A stretch of DNA of 64,000 bases from assembly GCA_963843795.1 (NCBI GenBank), contig CAWJLW010000006.1:2926375-2990374 (forward strand), written 5' to 3'. This DNA is from an uncultured bacterium. Lineage in GTDB: Bacteria > Armatimonadota > Abditibacteriia > Abditibacteriales > Abditibacteriaceae. Both the position numbers and the translations under genes were made by a program. The notes beneath the pieces were generated by a model. That model did not search any database, was not told the origin of the DNA, and saw nothing but the letters and a program-made list of their open reading frames with translations. Shown here in pieces: positions 9,306 to 19,536 of the stretch (positions are counted from its first letter, which is position 1; every line of letters begins with the position of its first letter).

Positions 9306-10541
9306 ATGTTGATTAACACTCCCCGACAACTGGAAATGGCGTGCGCGCAATGGCGCGAAGCCGCGCACGACCACGATTCGCCGCTTGCCTTCGATACCGA
9401 ATTCGTTTCCGAACGCCGCTACACGCCTTTACTATGTTTGATGCAGGTTTATGCACCCGCACAACCGTGCCCGGTCGAAGCGATTATCGACCCGCTGGCT
9501 TTGGATTTGGCGCCTTTGCTGGAATTGTTCGCCGATGAAAGCATTGTGAAAATCGTGCACGCCGGACAGCAAGATTTGCAAATTTTATGGACGCAGTTCG
9601 GTTGCAAACCGGCGAACATTTTCGATACGCAAATCGCGGCGGCATTTCTGGGCTACGGCCATCAGGCCGGTTACGCCGATTTGGTGCGCCGCACTATTGA
9701 CGGGCCGCGTTTATCCAAAGCGCAACAATTGACCGACTGGGCCGCGCGCCCTTTGAGCAAAGCGCAGATTTCATACGCGCTGGACGATGTGCGCTATTTG
9801 CCGCCGATGTATGAAGTTTTGCGCAGCGAACTGAGCAAGCGTTCGCGTTTGAGCTGGGCACAAAGCGAATTCGAGCGCGCCAGTCAACGTGTCACCGAAG
9901 ACACGCCGGATGACGAAATTTATCAAAAGCTCAATCTATCTAACCTGTCGCGTCGTCAACTGGGCACGCTGCGCGAATTGGCCGCAACGCGCGAAAAAAC
10001 GGCACGCGACATGAACAAGCCTCCTTCGTTCATCGCGCCCGATTTGACTCTCATCCAAATGGCGAAATTGCCACCGCAGAACGAGCAGCAATTGCGTTCG
10101 TTGCGAGGCATGCCCAATATTTCGCGCCAGATCGGTGAAAAACTTTTGGCTGCCGTGAAAACCGCTGCTAATTTGAAAGAAGACCAATTGCCCGAAGTGC
10201 AACGCAACGCTCGCCCCGATTCGCAAACCGAAGTCGTCAGCGGCTTGCTGAACGTCGTGACACAATTGCGCGCCGAAGAACTGGAAATTTCGCGCTCGTA
10301 TCTCGCTTCGCGCGACCAGCTCAACGCGCTGGCGGCGTGGTGGCTGCGCGCCGACGATTCCGAACCGCCAAGCATTCCGCTTTTGGAAAGTTGGCAGAGT
10401 GAACTGCTAGGCGAAGAGTTATTAGATTTATTGAACGGACGTTTGGCGATTAGTCTGGACGGCACCGCGCGTGGGCGCAGTCGCGGCGAAGCGCAGGCGG
10501 GCACTTCGGTGATTGATATTGTGCCGATTAAAGGCCGTTGA
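9306..10541 (+). CDS. rnd: Ribonuclease D
   Basis: DTEF exonuclease motif I, 'HAGQQD', 'FDTQIAA', 'TDWAARPLS..QISYALDDV', HRDC region; likely start ATG 9306. Confidence 0.9.
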   Translation: MLINTPRQLEMACAQWREAAHDHDSPLAFDTEFVSERRYTPLLCLMQVYAPAQPCPVEAIIDPLALDLAPLLELFADESIVKIVHAGQQDLQILWTQFGCKPANIFDTQIAAAFLGYGHQAGYADLVRRTIDGPRLSKAQQLTDWAARPLSKAQISYALDDVRYLPPMYEVLRSELSKRSRLSWAQSEFERASQRVTEDTPDDEIYQKLNLSNLSRRQLGTLRELAATREKTARDMNKPPSFIAPDLTLIQMAKLPPQNEQQLRSLRGMPNISRQIGEKLLAAVKTAANLKEDQLPEVQRNARPDSQTEVVSGLLNVVTQLRAEELEISRSYLASRDQLNALAAWWLRADDSEPPSIPLLESWQSELLGEELLDLLNGRLAISLDGTARGRSRGEAQAGTSVIDIVPIKGR

Positions 10542-10589
10542 AAGCGAAAAGCGCGCTGCAAGTACTTGCAGCGCGCTTTTCGCTTTCAA
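10538..10589. repeat. 52-bp perfect loop-less palindrome centred on GCAAGTACTTGC; probable bidirectional terminator
   Basis: TTGAAAGCGAAAAGCGCGCTGCAAGT|ACTTGCAGCGCGCTTTTCGCTTTCAA between convergent rnd and sulfatase. Confidence 0.92.
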
Positions 10590-10599
10590 TTTGCGTGTT

Positions 10600-12027
10600 T
10601 TAATGTTCACCTACATCGCCGTAAAATTGCTGCAAACGATCTAATTCCGCGTGCAATTCACGCTGCACATCGGCATATTCCGGTTTGTCATAGACGTTGT
10701 GAATTTCGGTTGGGTCGTTTTCCAAATCATATAATTCCCAATACGGTTCGGTTTCGACATCCGAAACATCACGGCTACCCAAGCCGCGCCCATAGAAATA
10801 AATCAGTTTGTGCGTCATCGTGCGCACGCCGTAATGCGCGATGACATTGTGTTGCGTCAAGTGCATCCAATAGCGATAATACAAACTCTGCTGCCAATCG
10901 TCCGGTACTTCACCGCGCAACACGGCACGCGCGCTGACGCCCTGCATTTCGCCCGGCGTCGGCAACTCGGCGTAATCGAGCAAGGTGGGCGCGAAATCGG
11001 TGTTGGTCAGCATCAACTCGCAGACATTTCCCGCTTCGAGTTCACGCGGATAGCGCATTAAAAATGGCATCCGCAGCGATTCTTCGTAGATGAAACGCTT
11101 GTCATACCAACCGTGATCACCCAGAAAAAAGCCCTGATCGCTGGTGTAAATCACAATCGTATCTTCTTCTAAACCGCTGGCTTCAAGCCAATCTAACAAG
11201 CGCCCGACACCCGCGTCGACGCTGGCCACACAACGCAGATAATCTTTGATATAGCGCTGATATTTCCACAAGCGCAATTCCTGCGCGTTCAATCCTAAAG
11301 GGGGATCGGCTTTCAAGTCGGCGCGATTCATATCGCGATCCACGCGCATCATCGCCATTTCCGCGGCGGGGCGATTGTGATAATCGTCATCAAACGTCAC
11401 CGGAACCGGGATGTCTTCGTTTTCATACAAATGTTCGTAAGCTGGCCCCGGCTCCCATTCGCGGTGCGGCGCTTTGTGATGCACGCACAGAAAAAACGGT
11501 GCTTCCACGCCCGCGCTTTGTTCCAATTGCCACTGTTGCAACCAGTCCAATGACAAATCGGTGATAATATCGCTGACGTAGCCGGTGAACTTCACTTTGC
11601 CGCGCGGCGTGCGAAATTCGGGGTCGAAATACAAACCTTGTCCGGGCAGAGTGTGCCACTGATCGAAACCTTCAGGTGTCGCATCGGTGCCGTCAGGTTG
11701 CGCGCCGTGTCCCAAATGCCATTTGCCAAAAATCGCGGTGCGATAACCCGAGCTTTGCAGCAACTTTTGCAATTGCACGGGACGCGCATTATCCAGCGTG
11801 TCGGCCAACGTGCGCACGCCGCTGACGTGGCCGTATTGGCCGGTCAGGATCGTGGCGCGGCTGGGCGTGCAAATGCTGTTAGTGCAGTAACAATCGGTCA
11901 GTCGTACGCCATCTTGGGCAATGCGGTCGAGATTGGGCGTTTGATTGATGACGCTGCCATAGGCGCTAATCGCATGAGCCGCGTGATCGTCGCTCATGAT
12001 GAACAAAATATTGGGACGCTGGGCCAT
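10600..12027 (-). CDS. Formylglycine-dependent sulfatase (N-acetylglucosamine-6-sulfatase-like)
   Basis: '[11 protein letters not shown]', [11 protein letters not shown] (CxPxR), 'GKWHLG', '[17 protein letters not shown]'. Confidence 0.9.
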   Translation of the reverse strand: MAQRPNILFIMSDDHAAHAISAYGSVINQTPNLDRIAQDGVRLTDCYCTNSICTPSRATILTGQYGHVSGVRTLADTLDNARPVQLQKLLQSSGYRTAIFGKWHLGHGAQPDGTDATPEGFDQWHTLPGQGLYFDPEFRTPRGKVKFTGYVSDIITDLSLDWLQQWQLEQSAGVEAPFFLCVHHKAPHREWEPGPAYEHLYENEDIPVPVTFDDDYHNRPAAEMAMMRVDRDMNRADLKADPPLGLNAQELRLWKYQRYIKDYLRCVASVDAGVGRLLDWLEASGLEEDTIVIYTSDQGFFLGDHGWYDKRFIYEESLRMPFLMRYPRELEAGNVCELMLTNTDFAPTLLDYAELPTPGEMQGVSARAVLRGEVPDDWQQSLYYRYWMHLTQHNVIAHYGVRTMTHKLIYFYGRGLGSRDVSDVETEPYWELYDLENDPTEIHNVYDKPEYADVQRELHAELDRLQQFYGDVGEH

Positions 12028-12031
12028 AAAT

Positions 12032-13417
12032 TCACTCCCTACTCAACAATTCTTGCGCTTGTGCCAATTGTTCGCGCACGCGTTGCGGCGCTGTGCCGCC
12101 CGCGCTCAAGCGCGCTGCAACACTGTTATCCACATCAACTGCTGCAAAGACATTCTCATCAATGCGCGCGTCAATATTTTGCCATTGCTCCAGCGTCACG
12201 TCTTCCAGCGTCAGCGCGTTGTCTTCGCAGAACTTGACGGCGTGGCCAGTAATTTCGTGCGCTTCGCGGAACGGAATTCCCAAGCGCACCAGATAATCGG
12301 CCACATCGGTTGCGGTTGAAAAGCCGCCGCCCGCTGCAGCGCGCATATTTTCGGTATTGAAAGTCGTGGTTTCCAGCACGCCGCGCGCGATTTCCAGACA
12401 ATCACCAACGGTATCAAACGCGTCGAACAGCGGTTCTTTATCTTCCTGCAAATCGCGATTGTAAGTCAGTGGCAAGCCTTTGACCAGCATCATCAAAGTG
12501 TTATGTGCGCCGCAAACGCGCGCGCTTTTGCCGCGAATCAGTTCCATCGAATCGGGATTTTTCTTCTGCGGCATAATCGAACTACCGGTCGAAAAGCGGT
12601 CGTCCAGAGCGATGAAACCGAACTCCGGCGCGCTCCACAGAATCCATTCTTCGGCCAAGCGCGACAAATTTAAAGCGATAATTGACAGCGCGCTGGTGCT
12701 TTCCAACAGATGATCGCGGCTCGCAACCGTGTCCATCGAGTTGTGCGAAACGCTCGCAAAACCGAGTTCTTGCGCGACCCATTCGCGGTCGATGGGAAAC
12801 GTTGTGCCCGCCATCGCCGCCGCGCCTAATGGCAAAACATCGGCGTGTTCCAATGCGTTTTCCAAGCGTTCGCGGTCGCGCTGCAACATCCAAAAATAAG
12901 CCAACAAATGATGCGACAGCAGAACCGGCTGCGCACGCTGCAAATGCGTGTAACCGGGCAAAACCGCGCCCATTTGTTCCTCAGCGCGCCGTGCAAGTAC
13001 TTGCTGCACACTTTGGACGGCTTCAATCGTGGCTTGCAGCGCGTCCTTGAGATACAAACGCACATCGAGGGCAACTTGATCGTTGCGCGAACGCGCCGTG
13101 TGCAATTTGCCCGCGACCGCGCCGATGCGTTCGGTTAAATGGCGCTCGACGAACGAATGAATATCTTCATCGGGCGCACCTTCAAAGTTCAGCGCGCCGC
13201 TTTCCAAGTCGTCGTAAATCGTTTGCAAACCGTCGCGAATTTGCGCGGATTCTTCGGGCGCAAGTACCTGCACCTGTTCCAGCATCGAAACGTGAGCCTG
13301 AGAACCGCGCAAATCGTAGCGCCACAGGCGCGAATCAAAAGGTAAAGAAGTCGAAAAACGCGCCATCGCCGCGTCCGGGCCGCTCGAAAAGCGCCCGCCC
13401 CACAAAGCATTATTCAT
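12032..13417 (-). CDS. argH: Argininosuccinate lyase
   Basis: 'LWGGRF', 'HTARSRNDQV', 'PGYTHLQRAQP', 'GSSIMPQKKNPD'. Confidence 0.97.
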   Translation of the reverse strand: MNNALWGGRFSSGPDAAMARFSTSLPFDSRLWRYDLRGSQAHVSMLEQVQVLAPEESAQIRDGLQTIYDDLESGALNFEGAPDEDIHSFVERHLTERIGAVAGKLHTARSRNDQVALDVRLYLKDALQATIEAVQSVQQVLARRAEEQMGAVLPGYTHLQRAQPVLLSHHLLAYFWMLQRDRERLENALEHADVLPLGAAAMAGTTFPIDREWVAQELGFASVSHNSMDTVASRDHLLESTSALSIIALNLSRLAEEWILWSAPEFGFIALDDRFSTGSSIMPQKKNPDSMELIRGKSARVCGAHNTLMMLVKGLPLTYNRDLQEDKEPLFDAFDTVGDCLEIARGVLETTTFNTENMRAAAGGGFSTATDVADYLVRLGIPFREAHEITGHAVKFCEDNALTLEDVTLEQWQNIDARIDENVFAAVDVDNSVAARLSAGGTAPQRVREQLAQAQELLSRE

Positions 13418-13444
13418 AACACGGCAATTTTATCGCAAATCGCG

Positions 13445-14320
13445 TCAGCGCAAAGCGCGCACAGAGATTTTCACAGCCGTCGCATGCTCTCGATTCGGCT
13501 CCAAAACCACGCGATTCTCACCGACATTCGCGGTTTCGATGCACGCCATTCGCGGCCATTCTTCATCGCCAAAATCCGCCATACGACGAGCTTTCTCAAT
13601 CCACGGATTCCAGACAACCGTGCTTTGCGAACCGCTTTTTTCGACGACAATTTCGCGCTGCCACGCTTCATCAAGCAGGACGCAAGTACTTGCCGAATCA
13701 TAAACGCGGTCAGTTTCCTGCGTAAATCGCAAAGGCGCATTTTCAGACTTTTCGTCATTCACGATTTTGTCCCAATAGGGCGCATCTTCCAATCCGCTGA
13801 TAGAAACTTGGCGCGCATCGCTGACCGTGAAATAGGAATGCAGCGCGATTTCATATTCGCAAGTACTTGCCGAATTGTTTTGCGCTTCAAAACGGATTTC
13901 TAATTGTTCGCCAATCGAAAGGCGCAACTGCACGTCCAATTGCGGCCAACCATCTTGCGCCACAACTTCGCTTGAAGGCACGAAAACCAGTTCCTTTGCC
14001 TTTTCGTTTTCGCTCGCTGCTTGCAATTTCCAATCGAACAAGCGCGCCAAACCATGCGCGGGCGCATCTGCATCGTCGCTTTTGGGGCCGAACCACGGGA
14101 AACAAAGCGGCACGCCACCGCGAATCGATTTGCCGCTGGCAAAATCCGATTTTTCGCTCATCCACAAAACCGGCTTTTGCCCGCGCGGTTCCCAGTGCGT
14201 GACATGAGCGCCATGCAGATAAATTCCCGCCGATGAATATTGATTTTCGACGACAATTTTGGGCAAGTCTCCGTGCCCATTTTCCATTTTGCAGCCCGAC
14301 AATGATTGAAGCAAATCCAT
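13445..14320 (-). CDS. D-hexose-6-phosphate mutarotase (YeaD-like)
   Basis: 'IRGGVPLCFPWFG', 'HGLAR', 'ALHSYF', 'VVWNPW'. Confidence 0.9.
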   Translation of the reverse strand: MDLLQSLSGCKMENGHGDLPKIVVENQYSSAGIYLHGAHVTHWEPRGQKPVLWMSEKSDFASGKSIRGGVPLCFPWFGPKSDDADAPAHGLARLFDWKLQAASENEKAKELVFVPSSEVVAQDGWPQLDVQLRLSIGEQLEIRFEAQNNSASTCEYEIALHSYFTVSDARQVSISGLEDAPYWDKIVNDEKSENAPLRFTQETDRVYDSASTCVLLDEAWQREIVVEKSGSQSTVVWNPWIEKARRMADFGDEEWPRMACIETANVGENRVVLEPNREHATAVKISVRALR

Positions 14321-14333
14321 AAAAACCTCGAAA

Positions 14334-15506
14334 TTATTGGCTCAGTTGCATTCTTCGGTGCGCCTTCACGGCCAGAGCGATGAAATCGGCGCGCTCGTTG
14401 GCGAAATCTATGTTCCAATCGGCGTTTTGTGCTGGAAAATCGAAAACCCAGAACGCCGACAGGGGCACGCGATGTTTTTCCAGAGCGGCTAAGCAATTGA
14501 TGAAATCGGCGCGCGCTTTGTCTTTACCGACGATGCGCTGAGCACCAAATTCGCCGACGAAAAGCGGCTTACCCAATTGTTGCGCTTGCTTTTGCGCTGC
14601 GCCAACCACATCAAGAAACGAAGCCGCGCCAGCGACGTAGCGATTTTCTGCATCGGGATAAATGTGCACGGAGATTACATTGTTCGGGGCGGGATTATCG
14701 CGCGCTAGAATTGAAGCGAATTGTGCTTCGTTATCGGCGTCCCAGCTTTTTTCGTGACTGTTGTGCCACGCGGAAATGCGCGGCATGGCGTTTCCAGTTT
14801 CGATGATGCGAATGCGGTCAAAGCGGCGCACCGTGCGGGCGAAATTAGTGACGGCGACTTGCACCCAAGCCGCTTGCAATTCATCGCGCTGCGAACGTGT
14901 CGTGGCAGTGCCCAAGTTTGACCAAATGGCGGGTCGATGTTCGCTCGCATTGGGCAAATCGGCGCCCAAATTGTATTCGTTGCCGAATTCCCAGCCCCAA
15001 ATCGCGGGCGAATGATTGTAGCGCTTGACGATTTCAGATGTATAGTCGCGAATAAAAGCATTGGTTCGGCTGTCGGGATTGCCCAATTGATCGAGCGGTT
15101 CGCCCATTAAATCGGGCACCGTCGAAACATTCCAGAACAGCGAGGGAATCAAGCCGATGTGATGAATTTCCGCTGCTTTGACGACGCGATCTAAACGACG
15201 AAACCATTCGGCTTTATTTTCGAAATACAACTTTTGATCGACCGGCCAGAAACCGCCGCACATAAAGCGCACGAACGGCACGCCCGCACGCGACAACCTG
15301 GCCAAATTATCCAAACTGCTACGGTCGTTTTCATTTTGCAAAATGCGCGAAAACAGCGAAAAATAGTTCGCGCCAATGCCGCGATAAGGCTTGCCATTGC
15401 GATACAAGATTTTGTCGCGCACGTACAAACCTTGCGGTTTCGCCTGCGCCGGTGCGCAACACAAAAGAAGAAATCCTAAGCACAATATCTGGAGAATCAC
15501 TTTCAT
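14334..15506 (-). CDS. Secreted glycoside hydrolase family 5 (beta-mannanase-like)
   Basis: Signal peptide; acid/base WEFGNEY; nucleophile FVGEFG. Confidence 0.8.
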   Translation of the reverse strand: MKVILQILCLGFLLLCCAPAQAKPQGLYVRDKILYRNGKPYRGIGANYFSLFSRILQNENDRSSLDNLARLSRAGVPFVRFMCGGFWPVDQKLYFENKAEWFRRLDRVVKAAEIHHIGLIPSLFWNVSTVPDLMGEPLDQLGNPDSRTNAFIRDYTSEIVKRYNHSPAIWGWEFGNEYNLGADLPNASEHRPAIWSNLGTATTRSQRDELQAAWVQVAVTNFARTVRRFDRIRIIETGNAMPRISAWHNSHEKSWDADNEAQFASILARDNPAPNNVISVHIYPDAENRYVAGAASFLDVVGAAQKQAQQLGKPLFVGEFGAQRIVGKDKARADFINCLAALEKHRVPLSAFWVFDFPAQNADWNIDFANERADFIALAVKAHRRMQLSQ

Positions 15507-15521
15507 AAAGCCAACCCAAAG

Positions 15522-15554
15522 CAAAACGCGCGCGAAATAATCGCGCGCGTTTTG
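15522..15554 (-). terminator. Intrinsic terminator after argG
   Basis: CAAAACGCGCGCGA-AATAA-TCGCGCGCGTTTTG perfect stem. Confidence 0.75.
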
Positions 15555-15566
15555 AAATTCGCTTTG

Positions 15567-16823
15567 TTATTCAGTTTCGGCTTCGGCTTGCGTTCCGGGC
15601 AACGAAGGCAAGTTGCTGTCGCCCTGCGTAAGCTGATATTTGGTCTGCGTTTGCAAAGGCAAGCCCCACAATTTGATGAAGCCCATCGCGGCGTTCTGAT
15701 CGAATTCGTCGTCGCGGTCGTAAGTCGCCAAATGATACTGATACAACGACTGTGGACTTTTGCGGCCCACCACCAAACACGCGCCTTTATACAATTTCAA
15801 GCGCACAGTGCCGATGACGTGGCGCTGGCTCGATTCGACATACGCACGCAAATCGTGGTGCAGCGCGCTGAACCACAAACCATTGTAAATCATCTCGGAA
15901 ATCTGGTTCGAAACCAGTGTTTTGAAGCGCGCTTGGTCGCGGCTCAACGTGATATCTTCCAACGCTTGATGCGCGATGTGCAGCACGACCGAACCAGGCG
16001 CTTCGTAGATTTCGCGGCTTTTGATGCCGATTAAACGGTTTTCGACGTGGTCGATGCGACCGATGCCATGTTCACCCGCAATGTCGTTGAGCTTTTGCAC
16101 CAAAGTCACGCCGTCCATCGCTTCGCCATCCAGTGCGGTCGGAATGCCGTTTTCGAATTCAATCTCGATATATTGTGGCTTGTTGGGGGCATCTTGCGGG
16201 TCTTTCGTCCACAGCCACACATCCGCAGGTGGCTCTTCCCACGGGTCTTCCAGAATGCCGGCTTCAATCGAACGGCCCCACAAATTCACGTCGGTTGAAT
16301 AGGGAGAATCGACGGTGGCAGGAATCGGAATATTATTTTGGCGCGCGTATTCAATTTCTTCGGGACGCGACAATTTCCATTCGCGGACGGGCGCGATAAT
16401 CTGCAATTCGGGGTCGAGCGCTTGAACCGAAACGTCCATGCGAACTTGATCGTTGCCTTTTCCGGTGCAACCGTGCGCGACCGCATTGGCACCGACTTCG
16501 TGCGCGACATCAACCAGCAATTTGGCGATTAGCGGTCGTCCGATGGCGGTTGCGAGCGGATATTCTTTTTCATAAATCGCGCCCGCTTGGAGGGCGGGAA
16601 AAGCGAAATACTGCAAAAACAAATCTCGTCCATCGACAATTTTGGCGTCAATCGCGCCCACATCCAGAGCGCGCTGGCGAATCGAAGCTAAATCACGCTC
16701 ACTGCCCAGATCGATAGTCAGGGCGACAACATCTTTATTGTAATTGTCTTGAATCCATTTAATGGCGACGGACGTGTCCAATCCACCCGAATAAGCCAAT
16801 ACAACTTTTTCTCTTTCACTCAT
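15567..16823 (-). CDS. argG: Argininosuccinate synthase
   Basis: 'LAYSGGLDTS', 'HGCTGKGNDQVR', 'GIKSREIYEAP'. Confidence 0.97.
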   Translation of the reverse strand: MSEREKVVLAYSGGLDTSVAIKWIQDNYNKDVVALTIDLGSERDLASIRQRALDVGAIDAKIVDGRDLFLQYFAFPALQAGAIYEKEYPLATAIGRPLIAKLLVDVAHEVGANAVAHGCTGKGNDQVRMDVSVQALDPELQIIAPVREWKLSRPEEIEYARQNNIPIPATVDSPYSTDVNLWGRSIEAGILEDPWEEPPADVWLWTKDPQDAPNKPQYIEIEFENGIPTALDGEAMDGVTLVQKLNDIAGEHGIGRIDHVENRLIGIKSREIYEAPGSVVLHIAHQALEDITLSRDQARFKTLVSNQISEMIYNGLWFSALHHDLRAYVESSQRHVIGTVRLKLYKGACLVVGRKSPQSLYQYHLATYDRDDEFDQNAAMGFIKLWGLPLQTQTKYQLTQGDSNLPSLPGTQAEAETE

Positions 16824-16844
16824 TGATTGAATAATTCCTTTAAT

Positions 16845-16948
16845 TCACCGCAAAGAACGCAGAGCGCGCAAAGAACGACATGAGAAAAGCGAGAGTAATT
16901 GAAACCAATCTCTTACAAATTCTTTGCGTTCTCGTTGCTTTGCGGTGA
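16845..16948. repeat. ~104-bp inverted-repeat (MITE/REPIN-like) element
   Basis: TCACCGCAAAGAACGCAGAGCGCGCAAAGA ... TCTTTGCGTTCTCGTTGCTTTGCGGTGA; 11-bp perfect terminal IR plus internal CGCAAAG/CGCAGAG units. Confidence 0.7.
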
Positions 16949-16951
16949 CTT

Positions 16952-17152
16952 TTATTTTTCTTTGTTTTCAGCGGCCTGTTGCGCGGCGATTTCTTCCATA
17001 CGACGGCGATGGCGCTGCATTTCATCGTTGTTGCGCTTGAGGTCGTCTTGCAATTGGCCCAAACGCTGCTGCGTTTGCGAGAGTCGCGCAACCAAGGCCA
17101 TCGCGACCACCATCGCAAAAATTAAGATGACGAACAAAAGCATTAATTTCAT
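16952..17152 (-). CDS. Small membrane-anchored coiled-coil protein
   Basis: Hydrophobic N-terminus MKLMLLFVILIFAMVVAMALVA followed by Q/E/R-rich helix; directly after argF. Confidence 0.6.
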   Translation of the reverse strand: MKLMLLFVILIFAMVVAMALVARLSQTQQRLGQLQDDLKRNNDEMQRHRRRMEEIAAQQAAENKEK

Positions 17153-17160
17153 AGTTTTGC

Positions 17161-18066
17161 TTAGCCCATCAGCCACGCCAGCACGGCTTTTTGCGCGTGC
17201 AGGCGGTTTTCGGCCTGCTGAAAAATCACCGATTGCGCGCTGTCCATCACTTCAGAAGTGATTTCTTCGCCACGATGCGCGGGCAAATCGTGCATCACAA
17301 TCGCGTCGGGCTTGGCGTGCGCCATTAATTCGGCGTTCAACTGATACGGCGGAAAAACTCGCTGGCGTTCAGCGTTTTCGCTTTCTTGCCCCATCGAAGT
17401 CCACACGTCGGTGTAAACCGCGTCGGCATTTTGCACCGCTTCAATCGGGTCGGCAAGTACTTGCACCTCGCCTTCAGCTTGCGCCTGAGCGACAATTCCT
17501 GCGTCTGGCGCGTAACCTTCAGGGCACGCGGCGACGAATTCGACGCCAAGTTTGGCGCACAGCAGCATCAGCGAATGGCAAATGTTGTTGCCATCGCCCA
17601 CATAAGTCAATTTGCGATTCTCAAAGCCTTTGACTTCGCGAAAAGTGAGCATATCGGCCATCGCCTGACACGGATGTTCGCGGTCGCATAAACCGTTGAT
17701 AACGGGAATGGTGGCGTGCTCGGCGATTTCTTGCAGCGTTTCGTGCTTGAAAACGCGCGCCATGATTCCATTGCACATATGCGACAAAACCGTCGTCACG
17801 TCCGCGACACTTTCGCGCTTGCCCAAACCAATATCGGCGGGTGCCAGATAAATCGCATTGCCGCCCAATTGAAACATCCCGACATCGAAGGAAACGCGCG
17901 TGCGCAGGCTGGGCTTTTCAAATACCATGGCCAGCGATTGACCGACCAGCAAAGTTCGCTGGCGCGCAGGATAATCTTGCAATTCTTCTTTAAGACGCGC
18001 GGCTTCGGCCAGAAGAAATCCGGCTTCATCGCGCGTGATGTCGCCGATGGAAAGGAAATGTCGCAT
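17161..18066 (-). CDS. argF: Ornithine carbamoyltransferase
   Basis: 'FEKPSLRTRVSF', 'HPCQ', 'DVWTSMG', 'HDLPAHRGEE'. Confidence 0.96.
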   Translation of the reverse strand: MRHFLSIGDITRDEAGFLLAEAARLKEELQDYPARQRTLLVGQSLAMVFEKPSLRTRVSFDVGMFQLGGNAIYLAPADIGLGKRESVADVTTVLSHMCNGIMARVFKHETLQEIAEHATIPVINGLCDREHPCQAMADMLTFREVKGFENRKLTYVGDGNNICHSLMLLCAKLGVEFVAACPEGYAPDAGIVAQAQAEGEVQVLADPIEAVQNADAVYTDVWTSMGQESENAERQRVFPPYQLNAELMAHAKPDAIVMHDLPAHRGEEITSEVMDSAQSVIFQQAENRLHAQKAVLAWLMG

Positions 18067-18193
18067 ATAATTCTCGATTGCACCACGAAATGAAGCGGCA
18101 AGTACTTGCGGTGCGTTACAAACATCGCATTTTACAGCATTTGTCAGTTCCGCGGCAGATAAAAACGCTCTAATGAAACACGACTGGCCTTAT

Positions 18194-19489
18194 TCAGTGG
18201 CTTGATTTATCGAGGCTTTGCCACGCCGCATCGAGAATTTCTATCGCCGCATCCACATCATTGCGCGTAGCGCACAGCGGCGGTAAAAAGCGCAGAACTT
18301 TGTCACCAACGGCATTAAAAATTAAGCCGCGCTCCAAACCAGCTTCGAGAACCTTTCGCGCGACCGGATGTTTCAAGACCGCTCCAATCATCAAACCTTC
18401 GCCGCGCACTTCTTCAACAGCATCGTTTTTTTCGCCCCACACGCGCAGTTGTTGCTTGAAATAGTCGCCTGTTTCACGCGCGTTCTGCATCAAATTCTCG
18501 TCAGCAAGTACTTGCAGCGTGGCCAAAGCGGCAGCGCTCGACAAAAAGTTGCCGCCGAAAGTGCTGCCGTGCGTGCCCGGTACAAATGCATTCGCGGTGC
18601 GCTCGTTGGCCAGCATTGCGCCAATCGGAACACCGTTACCCAAACCTTTGGCGAGCGTTACGATATCAGGCTGAATTCCGGCAGCTTCAAAGGCGAAAAA
18701 TGTTCCCGTCCGGCCAATGCCGCACTGCACTTCGTCCAGAATCAGCAACGCACCGACTTCATCGGCGATCTGTCGCGCGGCTTGCAGATATTCGCGCGTC
18801 GCGGGGCGCACACCGCTTTCGCCTTGAATCGGTTCCAACATTATTGCCGCAGTGCGCTCACTGGCAGCGGCACGCAACGCTTCGATGTCATTGAGTGGAA
18901 CGTAAGAAAAGCCGCTTGGCATCGGCTTGAAATTTTCGTGGTATTTGGGCTGTCCGGTTGCTGCCAGCGCTGCATAAGTGCGGCCATGAAAACTGTCGTG
19001 TGTGGTGATAATTTCCTGACGATCTTCGCCTTGCGATTGAAAAAAGCGGCGCGCTAACTTTAGCGCGGCTTCGTTGGCTTCGGCGCCCGAATTACAAAAA
19101 AATGCGCGCATCCCATTCGATAACTCATAAAGCTTTTCGGCCAGTTCGACTTGCGGTTCGATGTAAAACAAGTTCGAGGAATGCAGCAACGTTGCGGCTT
19201 GTTTGGAAACGGCTTCGGTGACGCGCGGATGCGAATGGCCCAGCGTCACGACGGCGATGCCGCCCAGAAAATCGAGGTATTGTTTGCCCGCATGATCCCA
19301 CAAATGTATACCTTGACCGCGCGCAAAGCTCAGCGGCAAGCGCCCGTAAGTTTGAATTCCAACGCGCGCATCGGTTTGCTGCAAGGTTTCTAAACGCGTG
19401 CTGTCGGGCATCATTTGGTGTTCGGTGGTTTGCGCGACGTCGGCGGTTGCCGTTGCGGGTTTGGGTGCGATTTCTAATTTAGTGGCCAC
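18194..19489 (-). CDS. argD: Acetylornithine aminotransferase
   Basis: 'YLDFLGGIAV', 'NSGAEANEAALK', 'DEVQCGIGRTG', 'AKGLGNG', 'HGSTFGGN'; arg context. Confidence 0.93.
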   Translation of the reverse strand: MATKLEIAPKPATATADVAQTTEHQMMPDSTRLETLQQTDARVGIQTYGRLPLSFARGQGIHLWDHAGKQYLDFLGGIAVVTLGHSHPRVTEAVSKQAATLLHSSNLFYIEPQVELAEKLYELSNGMRAFFCNSGAEANEAALKLARRFFQSQGEDRQEIITTHDSFHGRTYAALAATGQPKYHENFKPMPSGFSYVPLNDIEALRAAASERTAAIMLEPIQGESGVRPATREYLQAARQIADEVGALLILDEVQCGIGRTGTFFAFEAAGIQPDIVTLAKGLGNGVPIGAMLANERTANAFVPGTHGSTFGGNFLSSAAALATLQVLADENLMQNARETGDYFKQQLRVWGEKNDAVEEVRGEGLMIGAVLKHPVARKVLEAGLERGLIFNAVGDKVLRFLPPLCATRNDVDAAIEILDAAWQSLDKSSH

Positions 19490-19536
19490 AATATTTCCTC
19501 AGTTTTTCTTCGCAAGTACTTGCGGGGCTTTTACTA

